Source: Desulfocapsa sp. (lineage in GTDB: Bacteria; Desulfobacterota; Desulfobulbia; Desulfobulbales; Desulfocapsaceae). Taken from it: a stretch of 64,000 bases of DNA. Below, piece after piece: positions 1 through 9,389 of the stretch. The number at the start of each line of letters is the position of its first letter. The stretch's first letter is position 1. Under the pieces are notes generated by a model that did not search any database, was not told the DNA's origin, and saw only the letters and a program-made list of their open reading frames with translations. Both the position numbers and the translations under genes were made by a program. The DNA lies in assembly GCA_030145625.1 (NCBI GenBank), contig JAQYVF010000007.1:22607-86606 (forward strand), in the 5' to 3' direction.

Positions 1-882
1 ATAGCCTAATTCATCGGCCTTTTCTTTTGCCTTTAGCAGTGCATTAAAATTGGAGCCGACTATTACGTTTTGGGTCTTTGTGAAAAAGTTCTGATCGGCT
101 TTTGGGGTTTCCGGGACATTACCAGCTGCACCTTCCTCGATATGCTTGAGAACGCTTGAAGGAATTTTATCTTCAAGAGAATACTTTGTAATAATTGTTT
201 TGCAATCGTTGTAGGTCATTGAATCCGGGACAGAGGGTCCTGATGCAATACTGTCAAGATCATCGCCGACAACATCGGACAGTATGAGAGTTATCAGCGT
301 AGCGGGAAAGGCTGCTCGTGCCAGCCCTCCTCCTTTAATTGCAGAAAGGTGTTTCCTGATGGCATTGATTTCATGGATAGTGGCCCCGCAGGCAAGCATG
401 ATTTTGGTTGTTTCCTGCTTGTCTTCCAGAGTAACCCCATTGACAGGTAAGGGAATAAGTGCAGATCCGCCGCCGGAGAGGAGACAGATAATCAGAGTGG
501 ACTCGTCAGCTGACTTGGCAAGTTTATAAACAGCTTGTGCGCCCTCGAAACCATTTTGATCGGGTACTGGATGGCCGGCTTCCTGAATACGTATTTTTTG
601 TAATTCTTCGAGATGACCATATTTGACGGTGATGATACCCGCGGAGATGCGTTCACCTAAAATATCCTCAATGGCTTTGGCCATTGAGGCGCCGGCTTTA
701 CCAGCACCTAAAACAAAGATTTTGTCAAATTGGCGGAGATCATAGTGCAGACCGTCAACTGTTAATGTTTCATCAGTAACGCTGCAAAGATTTTTGATTG
801 CCGGACCGGGTGCAACAGCTTGTAATCCTGCCTGGAATATTGCTTTCGCATTTTCGAATTTATTTACAAGTTGATCAGTCAT
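1..882 (-). CDS. Glycerate 2-kinase / hydroxypyruvate reductase-like protein (DUF4147-MOFRL family), N-terminal part. The C-terminus lies beyond the window start.
   Basis: Not in the ORF track because it is open at the window edge. My minus-strand translation from ATG at 880-882 reads MTDQLVNKFENAKAIFQAGLQAV...FVLGAGKAGASMAKAIEDILG...LLSGGGSALI...INAIRKHLSAIKGGGLA. These are typical blocks of the TtuD/GckA glycerate-kinase family. The frame stays open to base 1. Confidence 0.75.
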   Translation of the reverse strand, partial: MTDQLVNKFENAKAIFQAGLQAVAPGPAIKNLCSVTDETLTVDGLHYDLRQFDKIFVLGAGKAGASMAKAIEDILGERISAGIITVKYGHLEELQKIRIQEAGHPVPDQNGFEGAQAVYKLAKSADESTLIICLLSGGGSALIPLPVNGVTLEDKQETTKIMLACGATIHEINAIRKHLSAIKGGGLARAAFPATLITLILSDVVGDDLDSIASGPSVPDSMTYNDCKTIITKYSLEDKIPSSVLKHIEEGAAGNVPETPKADQNFFTKTQNVIVGSNFNALLKAKEKADELGY

Positions 883-994
883 TTTAGTTCATTCCATTTA
901 TCTGAAGAGCAAAATATAAGGCAGGGTGAGGAGCACCACTTGTGAAGAGGGAACCCCTGCAATAAATTTCAGGAGTTCCCTTTTTACGACGTTG

Positions 995-2350
995 TTAATG
1001 CGCGGGCCCCAGCATTTTTTCAGGCAACCAGGTAATGATTTCAGGAAAGATAGTACAAAGAAACAGCACTACCATAATAATCATCACAAAGGGGATAACA
1101 CCTTTAATGATATCGGACATGGTCAAACCGAGTTCAGGTGGAGCGGAGCCTTTTAACACAAAGATTGACATTGCCATGGGTGGTGTCTGAAAAGCCATCT
1201 GTAGATTAATACAGATCATCATTCCGGCCCAAAGCGGATTAAAACCTAATTCAGCAAGAATTGGAGAAAAAATCGGAACAATAATAAAGACGATGCCAAT
1301 CCACTCGATAAAGAGACCTAAGAGAAAAACGATTAACATTATCATGGCAAATGAAGCCCATTTACCACCGGGTACTGCGAGAATAAGCTGGGAAACAACT
1401 TCTCCGGAACCGGCACTCATGAAAACACCGACAAATGCATAACAAAGAGCAGCAATCATAACCACGAAAGTACTGACCCGCAGGGTTTCAAGAGAAGCGT
1501 GCTGGAGTAGCTTAAAATTGAATTTCCCATGAACGATGGCCAGCAGCATTGAGGCCAGGCAACCTACGGCAGCTGCCTCTGTTGGTGGTGCAATGCCGGA
1601 AAAAATTGTTCCCAAAACAGCAAAGATCAACAGCACTGGAGGAACCATGGCTTTGAGTAGACGCCAGAGTTTTGCCGGAGAAAAGGGCGTCATTTGATCA
1701 GCTGGGATAGCAGGGCCGAGTTCGGGCTTCAGGTAACACCTGACTATTACATAGGCAACATATGAAAATGCGAGGATAAGTCCCGGGAAAACAGCTCCCA
1801 TAAACATCTGGCCTATGGAAATACCTGCCTGAGGACCATATACAACCAGCATGATACTTGGTGGAATTAAGATTCCGAGGGTTCCTGAAGCGACAATAGT
1901 GCCGGCAGCTAAAGACTTATCATAGCCACGCTTGACCATTGGCTCCAGTGCGATCAGGGTAAGAATAGTCACTGATGCGGCAATAACACCCAGGCAAGTG
2001 GCAAGAATTGTACCAAAAACAATGGTGACAATGGCAAGCCCTCCGCGTAAGCGTCCCAACGCTTCATAAAGACTGTCATAGAGATCTTTCGTTATTCCTG
2101 AATGTTGCAGTATAACTCCCATGAAGGTGAACAAGGGGACTGCCAGGTAAGGATAGTTTAAAGAAAGGTCATAAAAACGACTGTACAGAATGTGGTAGGT
2201 TGTCGTTGGACCAAATGCCAGAATACCGACAAGAAAAGCGACGCTGCCAATAACAAAGGCAATCGGGAATCCGGTCAAAACAAGAGTAAAGACCCCCCCC
2301 AGCATGAGGAAGGCGACGAATTCAGCGCTTAAATCAAACAATTTCTTCAC
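995..2350 (-). CDS. dctM: TRAP transporter large permease subunit (DctM family)
   Basis: 451-aa polytopic membrane protein. It overlaps the upstream small-permease gene, and the order P-Q-M is typical of TRAP operons. Confidence 0.9.
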   Translation of the reverse strand: MKKLFDLSAEFVAFLMLGGVFTLVLTGFPIAFVIGSVAFLVGILAFGPTTTYHILYSRFYDLSLNYPYLAVPLFTFMGVILQHSGITKDLYDSLYEALGRLRGGLAIVTIVFGTILATCLGVIAASVTILTLIALEPMVKRGYDKSLAAGTIVASGTLGILIPPSIMLVVYGPQAGISIGQMFMGAVFPGLILAFSYVAYVIVRCYLKPELGPAIPADQMTPFSPAKLWRLLKAMVPPVLLIFAVLGTIFSGIAPPTEAAAVGCLASMLLAIVHGKFNFKLLQHASLETLRVSTFVVMIAALCYAFVGVFMSAGSGEVVSQLILAVPGGKWASFAMIMLIVFLLGLFIEWIGIVFIIVPIFSPILAELGFNPLWAGMMICINLQMAFQTPPMAMSIFVLKGSAPPELGLTMSDIIKGVIPFVMIIMVVLFLCTIFPEIITWLPEKMLGPAH

Positions 2351-2852
2351 CTCTTATGACAAAGTAGAGATCCCGAATAAATCGAGCCAGGCCTTGTAAA
2401 ATCAACAGGAAGAGGCCAATTGCAAAAATAGTCCGATAAGGAGCAGCCGGTGGATACCAGAAACTGTTAAACATAACTTCATTGATTTTCCATGCCTTGA
2501 CAGCCCAGGTTACAGATAACTTGAACATGATAATCATCAGCGGGAAAAACAGGAAAAGAGAACAGATTACATCAATGAGAGCCCGTTTACGTGGTGTTGC
2601 CCGCATATAAAAAAGATCTACTCTGGTATGAGAATCATGCAGGTAGTTGTATGAGGCACCCAGCATATAGACCACTCCGCCAGCCATACACATGGAATCG
2701 TAGGCCCAGATAGTCGGGGCGTTGAAAAAATGTCTGGCAATGGTTTCAAATGACCCAATGAGAACCAGAAGAAAAGCAAACCACTTCCCTATAGCTCCGG
2801 ATTTTTCACTCAACCAATCAATGGTGTTAAGTAGCTTTTTGAGACTGGTCAT
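2334..2852 (-). CDS. dctQ: TRAP transporter small permease subunit (DctQ family)
   Basis: 172-aa protein with about 4 TM segments, lying between the binding-protein and DctM genes. It overlaps dctM by 17 nt. Confidence 0.8.
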   Translation of the reverse strand: MTSLKKLLNTIDWLSEKSGAIGKWFAFLLVLIGSFETIARHFFNAPTIWAYDSMCMAGGVVYMLGASYNYLHDSHTRVDLFYMRATPRKRALIDVICSLFLFFPLMIIMFKLSVTWAVKAWKINEVMFNSFWYPPAAPYRTIFAIGLFLLILQGLARFIRDLYFVIRGEEIV

Positions 2853-2876
2853 ACTTTTCTCCTGGTGGATTTCAGG

Positions 2877-3932
2877 TTATTTGATAGCGTTGTACGCTTC
2901 GCCGAATTCCTTCATTGAGTTGTAAATCTCAGAAAAAATAGGTTTTTCTGATTTTGACTTTTCAGCATAGAACTTATCAGCTTCTGCAGTCAGTGCTTCT
3001 TCAATATCTTTAGGTACCTTGTATACTTCGTTGCCTGCAGCCTTAAATTTATCAACAGCTTGAACTGATTCATAAACCAGATATTCATGCTGGTTCTGAG
3101 TGTATTTGGCAACAACAGATTTGACGATTGCTTTCAGGTCATCCGGAAGTTTTGCCCAGGCTTTTTTACTTACAAAAATAACCTGAGGATCACTGGGTGC
3201 TCTGGTGGGAGAAAGATAGACATAAGGGGCGACCTCATTGAAGTGCATGTTCCAGTTGGAGGCCAGGGTTGAGTATTCAAAGGCATCAATAGTGCCTCTT
3301 TGCATTGCTTCGTAGAGCTGGCCACCTGGAATAATTACAGTAGCAGCGCCCATTCTCTTCAGGATCTCACCACCATCCCCCATACAGCGAGCTTTTAAAC
3401 CTTTTATGTCAGCAAGGGATTCGAGTTTAACTTTTGAATGAAAGAAAACCTCTGCAGGCAATGGTGACAAGGCGCCTGGAAAAGTCATAACATCATAATC
3501 GCCCATCATTTTGTTCATTAGATCAGCACCACCACCATAATCAAACCAGGTTCTTAAAGCTTCACCAGGTAATCCACCGGGACGTGAGCTAACCAAACCG
3601 GCTGCAGGCCATTTATCCAGGTTATACATTGGGCAGGTGTAACCCATTTGCAAAACGCCCTGATCAATGGCGTCAACTTCCTTATAGGCTGGAACGATAG
3701 AGCCTCCAACAAAAGGTTTGACTGTCAGGCGGCCACCTGTTGCTTCAGTGATGGCATTGCACAGTTTATCGTGAAAAATCTGGGATGGATCAGATGCTGG
3801 ACCATGCCCGGATGATTTCCAGATAATTTTACCATCCTTGGCTGCATAACTGTTTGTTCCTAAGGCAAGCATCATTGCTGATGCTGCCAATACAACAAAT
3901 AGAGTGCTTAATTTGATTTTACCAATCCCCAT
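2877..3932 (-). CDS. dctP: TRAP transporter substrate-binding protein (DctP family) with signal peptide
   Basis: 351 aa. N-terminal signal sequence MGIGKIKLSTLFVVLAASAMMLALGTNSYA. The size and position upstream of dctQM fit. Confidence 0.85.
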   Translation of the reverse strand: MGIGKIKLSTLFVVLAASAMMLALGTNSYAAKDGKIIWKSSGHGPASDPSQIFHDKLCNAITEATGGRLTVKPFVGGSIVPAYKEVDAIDQGVLQMGYTCPMYNLDKWPAAGLVSSRPGGLPGEALRTWFDYGGGADLMNKMMGDYDVMTFPGALSPLPAEVFFHSKVKLESLADIKGLKARCMGDGGEILKRMGAATVIIPGGQLYEAMQRGTIDAFEYSTLASNWNMHFNEVAPYVYLSPTRAPSDPQVIFVSKKAWAKLPDDLKAIVKSVVAKYTQNQHEYLVYESVQAVDKFKAAGNEVYKVPKDIEEALTAEADKFYAEKSKSEKPIFSEIYNSMKEFGEAYNAIK

Positions 3933-4016
3933 TTCAAATCTCCTTTGTGATATAAATGTGTCATAGCCTCATACAGACCTTTTCTCCGCACGATGTATGA
4001 CACTGTGAATAGACTG

Positions 4017-4847
4017 CTAAGCTACAAACAATGAACTGCCCGTATGATTATGGAAATAGCGTTCATCTGAAACAGCTAACTGATCCATGGCAAGTTTCCC
4101 TGTGCAGTGGGAAACACCGATTACCTTCATGCTATTCTTCTTCAAATAATTCATAGAGTTTTCGAGACTGTTTTCATTGGCTTCAACGAGATGGGTACCA
4201 CCCAACACTGCATATATTGGCCGATTGATCTGCTTGCTGGTGAAATCAAGCATGTTTTTCATGCCGGGATGTGAACATCCAAGCAAGACAATCAGCCCCT
4301 CTGTCGTATCAATGACCAGTAATATTTCATCATTAAAAGGATCTGCTTCAAATGATCCGTTTTTCAGGATCTTGAAACGTTGATTAATAACCTCATCTTC
4401 ATGAATACGTGGGAATCCGGTTATGACGTAAACATTCGGGATAAGTTCTGTGATATTCTTATAGACAAATTGATGTGTTATCTTCTGGTTAGCCAGAAAT
4501 TGTTTATCAAAATTGTTTCCGAGATACTCAGAGGAATTTTTTTTGCAGCCATATTTCTTATCAAAAAAACCCTGTCCAAGAATCAGTTTGAAATCTTTTG
4601 TGATGGTTGTGAGAGCCTGCAACCCACCGGAATGGTCATAGTGACCATGGCTTAATACAACGTAATCAAGGGAAGTCAGATCTACTCTGAGTTGTGCAGC
4701 ATTTTCTATGATCTTTCCAGACTGTCCTGTATCAAACAGGAATTTGTGATCATCTTTTTCAATAAAAAAGGAAAGTCCGTGCTCAGCGTGTAATGCATGG
4801 TGCTCGCCAGGACTATTTTCAATCAGAGTGGTTATTCTTACTGACAT
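4017..4847 (-). CDS. MBL-fold metallo-hydrolase
   Basis: Contains the HxHxDH motif (VLSHGHYDHSGG). It is the first gene of the minus-strand operon. Confidence 0.8.
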   Translation of the reverse strand: MSVRITTLIENSPGEHHALHAEHGLSFFIEKDDHKFLFDTGQSGKIIENAAQLRVDLTSLDYVVLSHGHYDHSGGLQALTTITKDFKLILGQGFFDKKYGCKKNSSEYLGNNFDKQFLANQKITHQFVYKNITELIPNVYVITGFPRIHEDEVINQRFKILKNGSFEADPFNDEILLVIDTTEGLIVLLGCSHPGMKNMLDFTSKQINRPIYAVLGGTHLVEANENSLENSMNYLKKNSMKVIGVSHCTGKLAMDQLAVSDERYFHNHTGSSLFVA

Positions 4848-4972
4848 ATTTTTTCCTTATTGAAAGACTGTTTTTTTTCAGTCTCGATTCTACTTTTTTA
4901 TAGGGGGAAAAGAATTTTTTCGAAAATAGATAATTCGAATCATCTGGCAATTTAATAACCACCCTCCAGGTG

Positions 4973-5005
4973 TCTACTTATCAGATATCCACTCATCGGA
5001 CAAGA
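4973..5005. promoter_or_regulatory. 33-nt conserved motif, copy 1 (candidate GntR-family operator) upstream of the MBL/TRAP operon
   Basis: TCTACTTATCAGATATCCACTCATCGGACAAGA matches 6153-6185 at 30 of 33 positions (hand count). It lies 126 nt upstream of the start at 4847. Confidence 0.5.
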
Positions 5006-5387
5006 TGAAAATGATTGGTGATTGATTATTATTTATACAGAGTCGGATTTATCAACGAATGCGGTTTGTGCGATCCATTTGTCTGTTCTAACCGTATGGG
5101 GAATGTTCGCGGCTGGAGTCGCTCTTGTCTGTAGAGTGGGGCGTTTGATGATGAGTTGTCAGCCATACAATGGCTTTCGTTTGGTATGCAGGATGTTAGA
5201 TCATGTTTTCAAGCAGGTCTGATGTGGACGGGTGGTAATTTGTTCTTTTTTGTAAGAGCGGTTTTGTTCGCGAGTGATGCGGGTGCGATCATCATGTCTG
5301 TTTAAGCCGTATTGGGTGTTGGGCTTGTTCGTGACTGAAATGCTCCTACCTGGATGGTGAAATTGAACTGTTGTTCCATTGAAAATG

Positions 5388-6107
5388 CTACGATTCCTTT
5401 TTTATCTGTTTTAGAATGTCATGCAGTGCATTAACAAGATGTCGAGTCATTGCATTTTCAGCACCGACTTTATCACGCTTTTTGATTGCTTCAAGTATGT
5501 CAGCGTGTTCGTGAATTGTTTTCTCAATACGGCCCGGGGTGTAAAGACTTGAGATCCAACCATTGGGTAGTGTGGTGGTCATCGATTCCATGAGGACATG
5601 GAGAGTGATATTCTTTGTCGCACCGGCGAGAATGCAGTGAAAACCACGGTCACATAGAATCATTTCATCAATATTGTCAGCTTCTGAAAACATCACAAAT
5701 TGGGCACAAACTTCTTCCATCTGCTGAATATCAACTGTATCTGCTTTCTCAGCAGCATAGCCGGCTGCCTTCGGTTCAATAATCATACGCACTTCAAAAT
5801 TATCTTTAGTCGATTGCTCATTATTTTTTAACCAGGTTGAAAATGCCTTGAACTGCTGACCATTCGCGTCAACAATATAGGTTCCTTTGCCCTGTTTGAC
5901 ACTTACCTGACCAGTTACTTCGAGCATTCTTAAAGCCTCGCGAACTGATGAGCGACTGACCTGTAATTTCTTAGTTAATTCATTTTCTGAAAATAATTTA
6001 TCGCCCGGCTTGAAACCTTCTTCGACGATCATTTCTTTGATCGCAGCTATAACACTTTCTGATAGTCGAATTTTCCTTATTGGTTTCATGTGCACCCCTT
6101 TAGACAA
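5388..6107 (-). CDS. GntR/FadR-family transcriptional regulator (winged HTH plus FCD-type C-terminal domain)
   Basis: The N-terminal segment SENELTKKLQVSRSSVREALRMLEVTG is a typical GntR wHTH. The start may instead be the internal Met at 6089. Confidence 0.85.
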   Translation of the reverse strand: MSKGVHMKPIRKIRLSESVIAAIKEMIVEEGFKPGDKLFSENELTKKLQVSRSSVREALRMLEVTGQVSVKQGKGTYIVDANGQQFKAFSTWLKNNEQSTKDNFEVRMIIEPKAAGYAAEKADTVDIQQMEEVCAQFVMFSEADNIDEMILCDRGFHCILAGATKNITLHVLMESMTTTLPNGWISSLYTPGRIEKTIHEHADILEAIKKRDKVGAENAMTRHLVNALHDILKQIKKES

Positions 6108-6152
6108 ATTTGTTCAATGGAATATTTTTGGATTTGAAATTTTACACAGCTA

Positions 6153-6185
6153 TCTACTTAGCAGATATCTACTCATCGGATAAGA
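6153..6185. promoter_or_regulatory. 33-nt conserved motif, copy 2 (candidate autoregulatory operator) upstream of gntR
   Basis: TCTACTTAGCAGATATCTACTCATCGGATAAGA contains the perfect palindrome AGATATCT. It lies 46 nt upstream of the gntR start, in the same orientation as copy 1. Confidence 0.5.
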
Positions 6186-7670
6186 AAAAAAATTGTCAGT
6201 CTATTATTTGTCTTTCCGATATAGGTAAAATCACAACAGTTCGAGTCAATTTTAATTAGGGGGTAAAAAGGGAAAGTTTTTAAGGAGGTTTTCAATGAGT
6301 CGTTTGGAACCAATATTGTTGAAATGTTGGGATAATATATAGTTATACAGCGAAAAACATACTATGTGATTGTGTATTATATGTAAATTACGAAAGGATA
6401 GGTGAGATGGAGTTCTGTGTCCATGGCTATTAAAAAGCAGACTTTAGCAAAATACTCATTCTGAGTGTGCAAGAAAAATATGTTTTGATTTATATACTAA
6501 TGATCAAATGTATGTTTTAATATCTGCTTAAATAGCTGCGGTGTTTAAACTGAGTCTTTGGGGTCTGGTAAAGGGCGCCTCGATGTTACACGTGATTTTT
6601 TGCTGGTAGAAAAATGTGACTGAAGATTTTGACGACTCTTTTCTCTATAAATGTCGCATGAAGAATGGGAAGTCAGGGTGCTTTTTTTAGTTGTCGTTTT
6701 CTGTCCTTGGTTTCTTTGCCGTATTGGTATTGTGAAAAGCCCTCTGCAGGAAATGCTCATGTTATTAAATGATATTGTCAAACAAACCAAAGAAAAGCCG
6801 ACGATTGATTGGGATGTATACTGCCAATGGAAGATTATGCATTGCGGGAGTCTGTGGGAGAGCGATGAGTCCAAACCAGTGGTATGGAAATGTTCCTGTG
6901 GGGCGGTCAATTCCTCTGTAGCAGGGGAAAAATATGGAACATGTCAGGGCTGTGGATTGGTCTATCTCGCTTTTTCCAGTTAGCGTTAGGTTCTGTTGGC
7001 GTTCAGGGATAAAATAAATTCCTCCTCATTAATGAATTACTGGCTGAATTGTCGAGGATTCTTATATAACCCAGATCCAACGCCCGGTACTTGAATTGAT
7101 GTTGCTTTATTACACGTTTTTGCATAGTTGCTTGTCACCTCGGTCGAGGGCTTTGGAGACGCGGGGCATTGTATTCCCTGAGAAATGGGGAGAGGATGAT
7201 AGGTATGAAGATTTTCTATATATGACTCCTTTTATTTCAATAGCTTTGTTAGGAGAAAATAGTATCCTGTTTAAGGAAAAAAATGTATTGTTGTTGAGTT
7301 AAAAAAAATATTCTGAGATTGGACTTTATATGGTTCCTTGGTTTGGTTGGATATAGCTTCTAACTTGGATTGTATAACAGCCAATTGAGGGTGTTTCTGT
7401 TTCATCGAGAAGAAGAAGTTTGTTGTAATGGTAATTGGTAAAAGTGGCTTGGGATTCTATTGGCAGCTGGTAGTAGCTCTTGCATGGTGCTTTTTATCTG
7501 TTTGACAGGTCTTGCAAAGTCCCTTCTAATTTAATTTACGACATGAATCTATTGTTTGTTTTTTTGTTACTGGTAACCTTGGTTGATTTCGGGATTGTTT
7601 TACAGCTACAGATGATAAATTAATATCATGTAAAATAATGCGAATTGCAGACGATGAGGAGTTGATCAAA

Positions 7671-8291
7671 ATGGACAGGCGTGATTTCTTGAAAATAACA
7701 TCGAGTACAGTTGGTTTAAGTATCCTTGGTTTAAGTAGTAGTGCTTATGCATTGTTAAATTGTAGCCCTTTTAATGGCCAAGGTGTACAACAGTGCCAAT
7801 CAGGTATTGATTCGAGGATTGTAACTGCTGCCGCTACTGGTGGTCAGCATATGTGTCAATGGTGCTGGGCTGCCTGTATAGAAATGGTTTTTAAGTATCA
7901 TGGTTTTCATATATCTCAAGAAGAAATAGTTAAACAACTTGGTGGAGATATCGAAAGATTTCCAGGTCAACCACGTCACATTCTAGCCAATTTAAATAGG
8001 GATTGGTATGATGCCAGTCATGCAAGGTTTTCTGTGTCAGGTGAGTCCTATTCTTCTAATTTAATAACCGCTTCTCGGGATTTATCTCAGAACCGGCCTT
8101 TAATTATTGGCAATATGGGGCATACAATGGTTTTGACTTCAATGAAATATGATAAAGATAATTGGGGAAACATCAACGTCATAGAAGCTGATGTAATAGA
8201 TCCCTGGTCAGGTCGAGGCCAACGAACACTATCTGCTCAGGAGTGGTTGGGAACCTCTTTCCTGGTATGCATAAGAGTCTCACGAGTCTGA
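7671..8291 (+). CDS. Tat-signal papain-like (C39-like) cysteine peptidase domain protein
   Basis: Twin-arginine motif MDRRDFLKITSS followed by a hydrophobic h-region. Candidate catalytic Cys in CQWCWAACIEMVF and His in GNMGHTMVLTS. GAGGAG lies 10 nt before the ATG at 7671; the track start at 7638 is the alternative. Confidence 0.55.
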   Translation: MDRRDFLKITSSTVGLSILGLSSSAYALLNCSPFNGQGVQQCQSGIDSRIVTAAATGGQHMCQWCWAACIEMVFKYHGFHISQEEIVKQLGGDIERFPGQPRHILANLNRDWYDASHARFSVSGESYSSNLITASRDLSQNRPLIIGNMGHTMVLTSMKYDKDNWGNINVIEADVIDPWSGRGQRTLSAQEWLGTSFLVCIRVSRV

Positions 8292-8686
8292 TTTTTCGCT
8301 TATACAGATTGTCCCGGGCATTTAATTTGTGAGCAGTCCACATCAACGAGAATAAGTAATTATCTCTAATTACTTACCAATCATCTTTAGCGTCAGGAAG
8401 TCCCTGTGATTTAGACTCCGGTGTTTGATCCGGTACTTCAATGGCTTATGGTCTGTCGATAATTCCCTTGCCGTTGTAAATTTGATCAAAAGGGCAGGCA
8501 ACTTGACCGTTAACCTGAACAAGGGGACATTCGTTCCCCTCATAGTTTCTACTATTTTCCTGAAGCACCAAAAATGATAAGAAGAAGATATTGAATGAAT
8601 AATCAAAAATAGTTTTGTCGGAATCTTGTTTGCTGCAATCAAGATCTTTCGATGAAATTAACATCCTGTTAGACAATACCGTAATT

Positions 8687-9289
8687 ATGAAAATATCTAT
8701 AATATTGGCTCACCCAGATAAAGAGAATTTTAACAATGCCATAGCTGCAACAGTTGTTGAAACGTTGAAACAAAATGGGCATAAGGTCTTGTTTCATGAT
8801 TTATATGAGGAACGATTCGACCCACTATTGCAGACGGAAGAAATCCTTAAAGATGCCACCTTACCACCTGAAATTGTAGATCATTGTCAGGAGATTTCAA
8901 CAGTAGACGGGATTGTTGTTGTCCATCCTAACTGGTGGGGTCAGCCACCGGCAATTTTAAAAGGGTGGATAGATAGAGTTATTCGTCCTGGAGTTGCATA
9001 TGAATTTCTTGAAAATGACAAAGGAGAAGGGGTTCCTAATGGTTTGTTGAAAGCAAAATCTGCCATTATTTTCAATACATCTAATACCGAGACGCAAAGA
9101 GAAAAGGATGTCTTTGGCGATCCCCTTGAAAGAATATGGGAAAACTGTATTTTTGATTTATGTGGAGTAAAGAAAGTTTCTCGGAAAATGTTTAATATCG
9201 TAGTTGTCAGCTCTGAAAAACAAAGAAAAGAGTGGTTGGAAGAGGTAAAGGAAATTGTAAGTGAATATTATCCTGTGTCAAAAGGTTAA
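8687..9289 (+). CDS. Flavodoxin-like fold NAD(P)H dehydrogenase (quinone) / FMN reductase family
   Basis: From the internal ATG: MKISIILAHPDKENFNNAIA...VVVHPNWWGQPPAILKGWIDRV, a Flavodoxin_2-type signature. The track ORF begins upstream at 8615. Confidence 0.8.
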   Translation: MKISIILAHPDKENFNNAIAATVVETLKQNGHKVLFHDLYEERFDPLLQTEEILKDATLPPEIVDHCQEISTVDGIVVVHPNWWGQPPAILKGWIDRVIRPGVAYEFLENDKGEGVPNGLLKAKSAIIFNTSNTETQREKDVFGDPLERIWENCIFDLCGVKKVSRKMFNIVVVSSEKQRKEWLEEVKEIVSEYYPVSKG

Positions 9290-9389
9290 GAACCTGTCGG
9301 ACTTAGGGAATCAAACTCGTTTCCTGCATGTTGGGTGGGCGAGTGTATGTCATTCATGATTTCATAGTCATTATGCTAGCAGGAGGAAA

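Noticed and set aside
941-985. Hairpin AGGGAAC...GTTCCCT followed by TTTT on the plus strand, between dctM and the glycerate-kinase gene.
   Set aside because: The T-tract is on the wrong strand for the minus-strand operon. It is probably an intra-operon stabilising hairpin or chance, so I did not call it a terminator.
6545-6983. Overlapping ORFs 6545..6910 (minus strand) and 6651..6983 (plus strand) in the AT-rich island. The plus-strand one has a zinc-ribbon-like Cys pattern (CQWKIMHC...CSC...CQGC) if started at 6753.
   Set aside because: There is no convincing RBS. The two mutually overlapping frames cannot both be real, and I recognise no family. I left it unresolved rather than annotating it; the case is mentioned under the island finding.
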